Source: Candidatus Bathyarchaeota archaeon (GTDB lineage: Archaea > Thermoproteota > Bathyarchaeia > Bathyarchaeales > Bathycorpusculaceae). From it: DNA of 64,000 nucleotides. The translations under genes and the position numbers were made by a program. Below the pieces are notes generated by a model. It was not told the DNA's origin, searched no databases, and worked only from the letters and a program-made list of their open reading frames with translations. This document shows, piece after piece, positions 30,061-40,981 of the stretch; position 1 is the first letter of the stretch, and every line of letters starts with the position of its first letter. The stretch is from contig CAWABA010000009.1 in assembly GCA_963780185.1 (NCBI GenBank), forward strand, positions 192,001 through 256,000, in the 5' to 3' direction.

Positions 30061-30444
30061 TTAGACGTGCAGCCATCCTCGGCCACTCTTTTTCAACTGC
30101 TGTTTTTCCTTCTTTTCCTCAGAGCAAAGTTGTTGGGAACGTTGTCTCTGCGTTTTTTGGCTCGTGATGTTCGTTTTCACGAATTTTGCCCATCCGCCGA
30201 CATGTGGGTCAGGTGGAACGTATCTTTCCGCGTTCATGACTTTGTGTTCTTCAAGGATTTCTTTGAAATTTAATGCTTTGAAGTCCCGTGTCGCGTGGAT
30301 TACTGTGCCTTTGTCTACGAAAAGTCCGTTGTAATCGTTGACTGCTACGCCTTCAGCCCTCACTCTGTCATCTAGCCGCTCTATCCAGAGCCGTTTCCAC
30401 TCGATTTTTAGTTCTTCAACGAATTCTTTCTGGTTCAAGCTCAC
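30061..30444 (-). CDS. Conserved hypothetical protein
   Basis: GGAGG RBS; WKRLW.ERLDDRVRAEG, GGWAKF, GRGWLH. Confidence 0.75.
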   Translation of the reverse strand: MSLNQKEFVEELKIEWKRLWIERLDDRVRAEGVAVNDYNGLFVDKGTVIHATRDFKALNFKEILEEHKVMNAERYVPPDPHVGGWAKFVKTNITSQKTQRQRSQQLCSEEKKEKQQLKKSGRGWLHV

Positions 30445-30865
30445 TGCTTACGAATCCCTCCATGTTAGAAGCGGATAAGAAAAACAAGTTTTCGATGTTT
30501 TATGTCTGCAAAACTAGAATGAGGACTAATTCCTCAAATACCTAAATGCATATGAACCCTTATAAATGGACAGGAAGAATTGTTCTATTCTTATCTAAAA
30601 TTAACTTGGGTTTTCTGTATCTTATGTTATTTTATGGCTGTTTATGTTATTATTTGCTATAGAACAAACCATGTTTGCAGAAGAAGAATTTTACTCGGTA
30701 GCTGCGGCGACGAAGAGACTCACCGAGGGAAAAGTCTCCCTGCAGAAATCAATTGATAGCTAAAGAAACGTGCTTCTAATAAGTGTTATTGATTGCTTAC
30801 TTGCACGCTTAGCCTCCTTGCAACATTTAAATGCCTCTCTTACAATTATTTCAGAAGGGATTATT

Positions 30866-32041
30866 ATGGCACGTTCAATTTCCGCTGAAGATGTTTATTC
30901 AAAAGAATACCGAAGCGTACAAGAAAACGATACGCTTTCCCGATGCTTAGAAGCCTTCGAAAAAGGTATGCTCCCCGTCTTAGCCGTTTTAAACGACAAA
31001 GGAAAATACGAGGGCATGATTACCCGCCGAGCGGTTTTAAGGTCAAGGCTTGACCTCAACGCTACAAAAGTTAAAACGTTGATGAAAACTGCACCGCCGG
31101 TAAACCTTGACTTTTCAGTGAGCAAAACAGCAAAGTTAATGATTGAAAGCGGGTTGAGGCAGCTTCCGGTTCTTGAGAAAAACAAGCTTTCAGGCTTCAT
31201 CACCGACGAAAACATAATCCATTCTGCAGTTACGCAGGATTGGGGAGCCACCAAAATCGAAACCATCATGACCCGAGCTCCCCACACTCTTGAAGCAAAT
31301 CGTTCAGTAGGAGCGGTTCTCAGCTTAATGCGGGAGTACGGTGTTTCGCATGTTCCTATCATGGACAGCGGAAAACTTGTTGGCATGATTGGCATTGAGG
31401 ATATTTTGGAGAGTATTTATTGGCCGCAGAGGCGTCAGACAACTGGGGACATTGTTGGAGAAAAGATTGAAACGTTAAGCGTTCCCGCTAAAGGTATTCT
31501 GAGAAACCCAGTGGTGACGGTTGAGCCGCAGACTAGTTTGCGTGACGCCGAGAAAATGATGCATGATCATGACGTTTCCTGTTTAGCAGTAACGTCGAAG
31601 GAGCGCTTGGTTGGTGTTGTGACGAAGCTTGATTTTCTTGAACCTATCAGCCAGCTTGAAACCGCTGAACGCAAATTGTCGATTCAGTTCGGCGTTAAAG
31701 AGGTTGATATAACGCCTGAGCAGCAAGCCTTCATGATGGGTGAATTCGACTCATTCACACACAAATATCAAGAAGCATTCCAGCTAGGCACACTATTCGT
31801 GTACATGAAAAGCCACGGTAACACAACCCAGCGGGAAACACCTATGATCCACTGCCGCCTCCAATTCAGAACCGTCAGAGGCACTTTCTACGGCGCATCG
31901 GAGGGCTGGGGGATCGAACCCACATTCCGAGTCGCATTAGACCGCCTAGACCGCAGATTGCTAAGAAGCAAAGAGTTGCTGGCATACAATCCACGGTACG
32001 CACGGGATTATCTGCGTAAAATCGGGCTGCCTCAAGGATAA
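30866..32041 (+). CDS. Tandem CBS-domain protein with C-terminal HPF/RaiA-like domain (Hib-like ribosome hibernation factor)
   Basis: Four CBS motifs (LAVL..YEGMIT, LPVL..LSGFIT, VPIM..LVGMIG, LAVT..LVGVVT); C-terminal beta-alpha-beta3-alpha pattern ending ALDRLDRRL. Confidence 0.75.
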   Translation: MARSISAEDVYSKEYRSVQENDTLSRCLEAFEKGMLPVLAVLNDKGKYEGMITRRAVLRSRLDLNATKVKTLMKTAPPVNLDFSVSKTAKLMIESGLRQLPVLEKNKLSGFITDENIIHSAVTQDWGATKIETIMTRAPHTLEANRSVGAVLSLMREYGVSHVPIMDSGKLVGMIGIEDILESIYWPQRRQTTGDIVGEKIETLSVPAKGILRNPVVTVEPQTSLRDAEKMMHDHDVSCLAVTSKERLVGVVTKLDFLEPISQLETAERKLSIQFGVKEVDITPEQQAFMMGEFDSFTHKYQEAFQLGTLFVYMKSHGNTTQRETPMIHCRLQFRTVRGTFYGASEGWGIEPTFRVALDRLDRRLLRSKELLAYNPRYARDYLRKIGLPQG

Positions 32042-32132
32042 AGCTAAACCGCCCCTTCTCTTCGGCTGATTAATTTAATCTTTTTCTTTGTTTTGTTTTA
32101 TGCTTCAAAAAATGGTAGGTCCTCTCTTTCTG

Positions 32133-32244
32133 TGTTGTTTGTGTTTTGGGTTGCTTTTTTGGTTTAGGGCTTAGGTCCTCGTTTAGGTTAGGGTGCAAAA
32201 AGGTTATAAAAGGTTTAAAAGGGTGTAAAAAGGTTAAAAACGAT
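32133..32244 (+). repeat. Copy B of ~100-bp G/T-skewed non-coding element, with tandem ~10-11 bp AAAAGGT units
   Basis: Direct alignment with the reverse complement of 10444-10544. Confidence 0.85.
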
Positions 32245-32289
32245 TAGGAAAGTTAGAGAGAATTTGGTATGGCAGGTGCAGTTAGTTTT

Positions 32290-34221
32290 CTATCTTGTTT
32301 TTCTTCCTTTTGCCGTGAACTTGATTGCCGCTATTGTTCCCGCCGCGATTGCTAAGCCCGCTGCCACACCAACGATTATCTCAAGCGCGTTCGAGTTGGA
32401 GGTGGTGGTTGTTTTTGGTGTGCCGACGGCGATTGGGGTTCCCGTTAGGGCTGACGCGGGGATGGTGCATGATACGGTGTGTGGCGCGGTGAATTTGGTG
32501 GCGGCTGAAACCCAGGTGTTTCCGTTCCAGTAGGCGATGACGCTTGCGGCGGTGAAGCTTGGGTTGCTGATGCTTACGGTTGCGTGGACGTCCCCGCCAA
32601 GGGTTCCGCCGCTTGAAGCGACCTGCACATCGTAGAAGGCGGCGTCGCTAACGGATATCGCACCTGTTCCCTGTGGTTGGGCTGCGCCATAGTAAGCCGA
32701 AGTCACATTTAGTTTGGTGCTGTCCTGCAGTGACGAGCCGCTGATTGTGGCGTAGACGCCGGTTGTTGACGTTTGGTCTACCGTCGCGGTTTTGTTGCTC
32801 ACCGTCGCCGTTGAAGTTGCCTTAGCCGTGTTGGCTGTTGAAGGCGTCGGCGTCGGGGTGGGTAAAGCTGTTGGTCTTGTAGATGGAGTTGCGGCGGCGG
32901 TTGGGGTTGGCGCAGGTGTAGGCGAAGGCGTCGGTGCAGGCGTGCCTACAATTACTGATGTGGCAGTGGAGTTTACGGCTGCTCCGGTGTTGTCGGTGAC
33001 TTGAACTGATGAAGTTCCAGGTGCCCATGGCTGTGGCTGTTGAGGTTGCAAAGCTGTAGCTAAACCCATTGCCCCGTTGATCAACGTGTACGAAGATGCT
33101 CCAGGCGCTTGGCTGAACCATTGATAACATAAGGCGAAGTGCCAGTTGTCATCGTTGAAGTCAAACTAGCAGTCTGACCCTGACCCACAGTACCCGGGAG
33201 AAGAAGAAACCAAAGGTCCAGCAAAATCAGACAGTCACCGAAACCGTGTTGTTGCCGTCATTACCCACAAACACCTCGCCTCTACCCGAATCATAAACTA
33301 GCTCCTGGGCTGTGTTCCCACAGTAACGTTAGCCACAAGCGCGTTGTTGCCGTCGGAAAACACGGCTACCGTGCCCAAGATCGTCTGGGTCACAAATATT
33401 TCGTTCGCGCCCGAATCGTAAGCTACCCCATACGGGGATGGTGAGGCAGGCAGATTTGCCACTTCCAAGTTTGTAGTGTCCGAAACCACGTCAAGATACT
33501 TGTCTGCATTGTCAGCTACCAAGATTTCGCCTTTGCTCGAATCGTAGGCGATGCCATCCGGGGTGCCGCCCAGAAATACAGTTGCAACAACAGAATTTGA
33601 CGTGTCTGAAATAACCGAAAGCGTTCCATCGCCCGTGTTTGCCACAAATATTTCTCCCTTGCCAGAATCGTAGGCTATTAATCCAGGAGCGTAACCCACA
33701 GCCATGTTTGCAACCCACTGCCCCATCGTTCCGTTACTGCTTATCGAATAGATCGCAACAGTGCCCGAGCCATTTTGCGTCATGGTGGTTTCGATTATTT
33801 CGTCTTTCCCTGAATCATACGCTATGCCCCCAGGCTCACGGCTTACGGCAACTGAAGAAATAACGGAGTTAGTGGCATCCGAAATGAACGAAATCATGCC
33901 TGTTACCCCGCCTGGGCTGACTATTAAGCTGCTCAGGAATATCTCGCCTTTGACAGGGTCGTAAGCCATGGCTAAAGGTTGACCCGTCACGTTCATGCTT
34001 GCAACCACCGCGTTAGTGGTGTCCGAGATGACCGAAACGGTGCTAGGTCCACTAGATGGGAAGCTGCTTACGAATATCTCACCCTTTCCCGGGTCATAAG
34101 CCATAACCATGGGAGCTCCTCCCGTTGGTATCGTTGTTGCCACAGTTATCGTGGATGTCACTCCCAGAGAATGAACCGCGTTGGTGGTTGATAAGGCAAG
34201 AATCATTATAAGAAGAGTCAA
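32290..34221 (-). pseudogene. YVTN/YncE beta-propeller surface protein with Pro/Thr linker and C-terminal TM; split by several frameshifts at ~33000-33300
   Basis: AYD(S/P)xKGEI repeats in 33298-34221 continue out of frame (VYDSGRGEVFVGN, YQWFSQAPG) into 32290-33084. Confidence 0.7.
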
Positions 34222-34469
34222 CTGTGAGAGAAAATTTCTTAAGATTTCTCATGTCAAGCAGGTGAGCCCTATTATTCTTATAAACTTTGCATTTTTTTGC
34301 GGTTACTTCGCTTTTCGCGGAAAAAGCAGTTTCGTTTTTGTCCTTTCTACCTTCGAAAAGGCATTTTGTGCAAGCAATATTTATATCAAAAGCGCCGCAA
34401 TCCCTTCCAATTGAACTGTTGGACGATTTGGCACCGTTTTCGGTGTTTGGAGCTCTTGGTGTTAAAAAA

Positions 34470-35408
34470 ATGCCGTTTAAAATCGTGAAGAAAGATGCGG
34501 CGGATTCCCTGACGATTGAGTGGGGTTTGCAGGTTAAAAATTACAAGTTAACCCTCGACAAGAAACGTTGTGTATCATGCCAAATATGCACTTTAGCTTG
34601 TCCAAAAGAGGCGATAACAACGCAAAAGCAGCCTAAAATCGCAGGTGAGAAGGCTAAGAAAGCCAAAGTCGACGTTGACTTGGCAAAGTGCAATTTCTGC
34701 GGAATCTGCGACGTCACCTGCCCCTACGGCGCAATCAAAGTAACTTTGAACGGCAACCATGACCTTTCCTTGTTGGAAAAAGACAGCTACCCGCAGTTGG
34801 TTCGCGACATAAAAGTGGATACTGCCCAATGCCCAAAAGAATGTGCCGAATGCATGTCTGCCTGTCCCTTTGGGCTGATAACGTTGTCTAAGGTTGGTTT
34901 TGACGGCAACCCCGTCGACGACATGGCTGCTTTGTCGCCTAGCTCCAAGAAGCGTGTTCAGATTAGCCTTGACATCCAGAAGGATTATTGTCCAACTTGC
35001 AAAGTATGTGAATTTAAATGTGCTCCAGGCGTGATAAAAGTCAAAAAAGCCTTCGACGGAGTAATCGCCATCACACAGGAAAAATGCCCCGACGGCTGCA
35101 CCGATTGTCTTGACGTTTGCCCAATCCCAGGTGCGTTGACTCTGGGGGAAGACAAGAAAGTTCACGTTAACGATACATTCTGCATCTACTGCGGCGCATG
35201 CAAAAACGTTTGCCCCGTCCCCGAAGCCCTATCAGTTAAGCGCACAGCGGTTCATCACACACCCATCCGCTCGGGCGCCTGGAACAAGGCTTTAGAAAGA
35301 ATAACTTCGCCAGCTGACGCCGCCAAAGAATTCCGCGCGATTGCAGGTCAAAGCAGGCATCAAGCGGTCGCCAAAAGATTCCCGATTAAAGGGGAAACAC
35401 AATTATGA
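34470..35408 (+). CDS. Polyferredoxin (FwdF/MvhB-like)
   Basis: Six CxxCxxCxxxC-type motifs; stop overlaps the hdrA start (ATGA). Confidence 0.88.
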   Translation: MPFKIVKKDAADSLTIEWGLQVKNYKLTLDKKRCVSCQICTLACPKEAITTQKQPKIAGEKAKKAKVDVDLAKCNFCGICDVTCPYGAIKVTLNGNHDLSLLEKDSYPQLVRDIKVDTAQCPKECAECMSACPFGLITLSKVGFDGNPVDDMAALSPSSKKRVQISLDIQKDYCPTCKVCEFKCAPGVIKVKKAFDGVIAITQEKCPDGCTDCLDVCPIPGALTLGEDKKVHVNDTFCIYCGACKNVCPVPEALSVKRTAVHHTPIRSGAWNKALERITSPADAAKEFRAIAGQSRHQAVAKRFPIKGETQL

Positions 35409-37856
35409 GTTCATCCCAAAATCCAAAAACAGCATGCTCGACATGCCCAAAACCTGAAGAGTCTGCGCGTCGGCGTTTTCGTCTGCGACTGCGGCTTAAA
35501 CATAGCTGGCACCGTAGACGTTAAAGCAGTTGTCGAGTACGCAAAAACCATACCCGACGTCGTCTTCACCAAAGAAAACCGCTACACCTGCGCCGATCCA
35601 GGGCAGGAAGAAATCCGCAAAGCCATACGGGAACAGAAACTGAACCGCGTCGTCATAGCCGCTTGCTCACCCAGAATGCATGAACCCACTTTTAGACGCA
35701 CTGTTGCTGAAGCAGGTTTAAACTCGTTCCTCTATGAGATGGCTAACATCCGCGAGTTCTCTTCATGGTGCCATCAAAGTGACCCGAAGGGCGCGACTGA
35801 GCGGGCTAAAGATGCAGTTCGCATGGCGGTTGCAAAGGTACGTATGATGCAGCCTCTGCAGACAATTGAGGTGCCCGTCACCAACAAGGCACTTATCATC
35901 GGCGGCGGAATCGCAGGCATGAACGCTGCCTTAGACCTCGCGGAGATGGGTTTCAAAGTTTACATGCTTGAAAACACGCAGAGCATCGGCGGACACATGG
36001 CAGCCCTAGACAAAACCTTCCCAACCCTTGACTGCAGCATCTGCATTGAAGGTCCAAAAATGGTCGATTGCGGACGCCACCCGAACATAACAATTTTCGC
36101 CAACTCAGAACTGGTCAAGGTTGACGGTTACATCGGCAACTTCAAAGCCAAAATCCGCAAGAACCCACGCTACGTCATATCTGACAAATGCACGGGTTGC
36201 GGCGAATGCAAAGACGCTTGCCCCATAGAGTACCCGAACGAATGGGACATGAACTTGGGAACAAGAAAGGCAATTTCGGTGCCGTTCGACCAAACTGTGC
36301 CGTTGATTTACTCGATTAACAAAGACTACTGTATTGAATGCTTCAAGTGCCAGGAAGTCTGCGGCGACCGAAAAGCCATCGATTTCAACCAGCAACCAGA
36401 GGAAGTTGACATAGACATCGGCGCAATCGTTGTTTCCACGGGCTTTGACGTTTACTTACCCTACGATATGCCGCTTCTCGGCTACGGAAAATACCCCAAC
36501 GTCATTACCAGTATGGAGTTTGAACGGCTAATTTTGGCTGCTGGTCCAACAGGCGGCAAGGTGCTTCGGCAATCTGACGGTCAAAAACCCCATAAAATCG
36601 TGTTTATCCAATGCGTCGGCAGCCGAGACAAAAACAAGTACCCGTACTGTAGCAACTTCTGCTGTATGTACACGCTCAAACATGTGGTTCAGCTTAAAGA
36701 GAAATACAAAGAAGACATCGAAGTCTACGTTTTCTACATGGACATCCGTAGCCCAGGCAAAGGTTACGAAGAATTCTACGACCGCGCACGGGAACGAGGC
36801 GTAAACTTCATCCGTGGACGGGTAAGCCGCATCGACGAAGACCCAGCAACCCACAACCTCACAGTCCACAGCGAAGACTCACTGCTCGGCGTACCCATCG
36901 AAATCGACGCAGACATGGTGGTTCTCGCAACAGCAGCCATCCCTAAAAAAGGGTCGGCCGACATCGCACGCATACTCAACCTGTCACGCGGCTCAGACGG
37001 CTTCTTCATGGAAGCCCATCCTAAACTCAAACCCATGGACGCCCCCACAGACGGGGTCTTCTACGCTGGCGCCTGCGTAGGCTTGAAAGACATTCCATTC
37101 AGCGTTTCACAAGGCAGCGGAGCAGCCTCACGAGTCGCAACCGTTATCAGCAAGCCAAAATGGAAAATCGAACCAATAATCTCCGTAATTGACCCAAGCA
37201 AATGCAAAAGCTGCGGACTCTGCGTGGACAAATGCCCATACGGCGCAATCAGGCTGGAGAAGCCTAAGCCAGCGGAAATAATCACGGCAAGCTGCCACGG
37301 ATGCGGAACATGCGTTGCCGAATGCCCACAACACGCCATAACCCAAATGCATTTCACCGACGCCCAAATCATGGCGCAAATCCGCGCGGCGCTACAGGAC
37401 AAGCCTGAAGAAAAAATCCTCGCTATCCTCTGCAACTGGTGCAGCTACGCGGGGGCAGACCTTGCGGGAATCAGCCGCTTCGACTACCCAGCGAGCGTGA
37501 GGGCTATCCGTGTTATGTGCAGTGGACGGGTTGCGAGGGAATTCATTTTGGAGGCGCTGCGGCTTGGCGCGGGAATGGTTCTCATCGGCGCATGCCACTT
37601 GCCATACGACTGCCACTACATCAACGGGAACTTTAAGATGAAAGCGCGAACAGACGCCCTAAAAGGCATGCTAACCAAGCTGGGCATGAGTCCTGAGCGG
37701 TTCCGAGTCGAGTACGTTTCAGCGGCGGAAGGCATACGTTACGCTGAAGTCATCAAAGAAATCGACACAGACATGAAGACGCTCGGCAAAGAAAAGATTC
37801 AAGCAGAAAACGCCAAGCTAAAGCCAATCCTCGAAAACATGCTCAAGAGGAAATAG
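35405..37856 (+). CDS. hdrA: Heterodisulfide reductase subunit A fused to C-terminal MvhD domain; +1 frameshift near 35462
   Basis: RVGVFVCDCGLNIAG N-terminus in frame from 35463; ANIRE, IIGGGIAG, DKTFPTLDC, QCVGSRD, CSNFCC; MvhD CNWCSYAGAD...RVMCSGRV. Confidence 0.92.
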
Positions 37857-38064
37857 TGCTCATCACAGCAACCTTTTTTCACACCGAAACAGGTTCAAAT
37901 TCACTATCAGGCAGCAAATGTACTTCAGAAAAATAATATTTGTTTAGTTACGACTGGTTCATCTGGTATTTGCCCCAACGATTTCTGACTTAGATCAATG
38001 AATATGCCGTTTGGATAATAAGTTGCTAGAAAAAATAAAAAAAAGAAAATTTGGCAGATTTGCG

Positions 38065-39723
38065 CTAATTTATCGTGTATACTGCGTCAATTTCTGTAGC
38101 ATAAGTGAGATATATGTTAACGTCGACGGGATATCCGCTGTAGATTTGGTAGTTGCCGTTGTAGTTGCCGTCTATTTCCAAAATTGTTCCGTAGTCATTC
38201 CAGCCTTCGTTGTAAGCTTGGTAATCCACTGTAACAGTGTGATCTCCGGGGAGAACTTGGACCGTTGCCGATCCCGTTCCAACATAATTGCTATCAACGT
38301 AAATATTGGCGTCCGTTGTCATATGGAAATAGCAGTCATAAGCATTGATAGTCAATGAGTAATAAGGCAACAGCCCGTAAGTGTAATCGAACGTCATGCT
38401 GCTGTTTGCGGACATATCTGTAGTGACTTCAGTATCATAGTATGTGTTTCCTTCGATTGTCATGTGGTCAAAGGTGTAGCCGTAGCCTCCTGAAGTGGGG
38501 GTATATTGATCAACGATTATGGTATGGGTTGTTGGAGTTAGAGGTAACGATTGTGTGTTGCTGATTCCGCAGGAAGCTCCGTCGATGTATACGTTGGCAT
38601 TGATTTGGTTGTTTCCGCCGTCATAGCAATTGAGGGTTTGATAAGATAAACCTGTGGGGCCAGAGGTTGGAAGGGTAGGAAGCGGCTAAGACGCTTGACA
38701 TGGATACCATACACCGCTAGTGAAAGTTTGAAGCGCTTGGTCTACAAGTATACGGACTTGGAAGGCAAGATCTACTCCTAAATAAGTAGGCCCCCAAGGA
38801 GCCATACCAAACTGGGGGTATGCTAGCAAGTATGTAGAGTCATCTTCGTTGGGACCTGAGTAAAGCTTTCCGTATATTTCAAAAGAACAATAACCGAAAG
38901 CTGGCTGATAAGGCGTATAGATGTAGGTTTCTGCGAAGCAATAGTACAAACCGTGACCCCACGTAGTATCTATATCATTATCGAGTGCGCCCTTTAAAAG
39001 AACCAAATTAGACGTTTCGGTTGCTGTTATGAGACACGCAGTGATTCCAAATGCTGCTGCACCAGGTATAGCACACACTAAGCCGAAAAGAAAGCTAACT
39101 ACTCCGCCAATGGCCGCAGCGGTATCCATATCTTGATCGAAATAATACTTCCAAGTCTGTGTTTCGTTTGAGAAGAAATGAAGTCCTAGAAAGTCGTTTT
39201 CTCCTATTGGTGTCGGAATGCCGTCTATTGTTACAGAAATCAAATCCTGTACAAATGCGAATTCAGGGTCGAACCCACCGCACCCTATTTTGACCAAAAT
39301 AGTACGCGAACCATCAGGGTATACTGCCTTGCTATAGCTGATCTGAGTTAAATTGCCATTAATTGTTGTATTAAAAACCTTAAAAGGAACATCTATCGTT
39401 GATGGTGACTTATTGTTTTTCGAGGAAGAAGGAAATACACTGTTAATATCTGGCTTCGTTAGATTAGCATAGGTTGCCAAACTATTTGCAAAGGAAGGGT
39501 TTTGGTGCAGAAACTGGCTGAAATATGTCAGCACGTTAGCTTCTGTCGTCAAAAGACCACGTGACTTCATATAAGCATTGAAGCCGCCCTCAACTTGTTC
39601 TCGTATCTTCTCTTGAGGGGTTATTACAGTTTTCAAAGCCGAGGCACGCGGAGCAAAAGCTGCGGAAAATAACGTAATTATCAATAAGATTGTTGCAAAA
39701 ACTATCTTCTTTTCTCTTTTCAT
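38065..39723 (-). CDS. Secreted protein (552 codons) interrupted by one in-frame TAG at 38686-38688
   Basis: Signal peptide, internal hydrophobic hairpin; the frame stays open for 74 codons after TAG and runs into ORF 38065-38463; two PEGA-like repeats (ANVYIDG / ANIYVDS). Confidence 0.7.
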
Positions 39724-40126
39724 GTTCTCACCTCCTTTTAAGCGATCTTCATAAATCTAAAAGAGCGCTCTCAGGTCAGGTATTCTGGCAAGTTAATTTA
39801 CTTCTATCGGTGTTTACGAACTCAATATATTGTACAACGCTTATTCAGATTTCACACAAACGATTCAATAATTAACACGGAACCTACCTTTTTTATTTTA
39901 ATAATTTCCAAAAGAAATTGTGTAATTACATAAAAATGTTCATTTTCTTCATCAAATCATCATTCGTTATCAATCGAAACCGCTTCCGCTAAACCCTTTT
40001 TCATGCCATAGATTCATCGCAAGCGCTTAAGTTTCCCAACAACATAACGCCTGCTCCTCTTTAATTCACTTTGTCGAAAAGCTTAAAAGAAAACTGCGAC
40101 GTAGAATAGAAAGGGGTTAATGCGAG

Positions 40127-40342
40127 ATGTCGGGCTCAAGCAGGTTAAAGTCATTTGCAATTCTTGATATAGGCTCTATCATTTTTCTTGCTTTGGATTC
40201 TTATCTGTTTTTCACCAATGTGATTAGTTTTGGCTTATTTATGAGCTCTCTTATTATTGCAGCAGTTGTTGTCTTCGCTTTAGCCGTTACAATCAAGTAT
40301 TACTTTAACAAGAAGGCTGTTCCAGTAAGTCGTTTGGGCTAA
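40127..40342 (+). CDS. Small 2-TM membrane protein
   Basis: Two hydrophobic helices, basic tail, CTTAAAA TATA-like box upstream. Confidence 0.65.
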   Translation: MSGSSRLKSFAILDIGSIIFLALDSYLFFTNVISFGLFMSSLIIAAVVVFALAVTIKYYFNKKAVPVSRLG

Positions 40343-40479
40343 GAAATTTAAGATTTGTTCTACCTAATCTTCACTTGTGGTCAAACCAGACATAAACCCA
40401 CTGAAAAACAAGACATTACCTGAATGTCGGAAGGGCTTATCCTCGTAAATAAGTAATCTGAATTTACGATTCTTATCAA

Positions 40480-40962
40480 ATGGCAACCCTAATAATCCTG
40501 CAGGATAAGCCTGAAGAAAAAATCCTCGCTATCCTCTGCAACTGGTGCAGCTACGCAGGTGCGGACCTTGCGGGAATCAGCCGCTTCGACTACCCCTCGA
40601 GCGTGCGGGCTATTCGTGTCATGTGCAGCGGTAGGGTTGCGCGGGAATTCATTTTGGAGGCGCTGCGGCTTGGCGCGGGAATGGTTCTCATTGGCGCGTG
40701 CCACTTGCCCTATGACTGCCACTACATTAACGGGAACTTTAAGATGAAAGCGCGAACAGACGCCCTCAAAGGCATGCTAACCAAGCTGGGCATGAGTCCC
40801 GAACGGTTCCGTGTCGAATACGTTTCCGCCGCAGAAGGCATTCGATACGCTGAAGTCATCAAGGAAATCGACGAGCAACGAAAAGCGCTCGGCTTAGCGA
40901 AGATTCAAGCGGAAAACGCGAAGCTAAAGCCAATCTTGGAAAACATGCTTAAAAGAAAGTAA
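40480..40962 (+). CDS. mvhD: Stand-alone MvhD (hydrogenase Fe-S delta subunit), duplicate of the hdrA 3' end
   Basis: 40498-40962 aligns gap-free to 37392-37856 (about 53 differences in 465 nt by hand count). Confidence 0.8.
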   Translation: MATLIILQDKPEEKILAILCNWCSYAGADLAGISRFDYPSSVRAIRVMCSGRVAREFILEALRLGAGMVLIGACHLPYDCHYINGNFKMKARTDALKGMLTKLGMSPERFRVEYVSAAEGIRYAEVIKEIDEQRKALGLAKIQAENAKLKPILENMLKRK

Positions 40963-40981
40963 GGCAGCTTTTCTTTTTTCT

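Noticed and set aside
32820-32950. Tandem DNA repeat
   Set aside because: It encodes the Pro/Thr linker of the surface protein.
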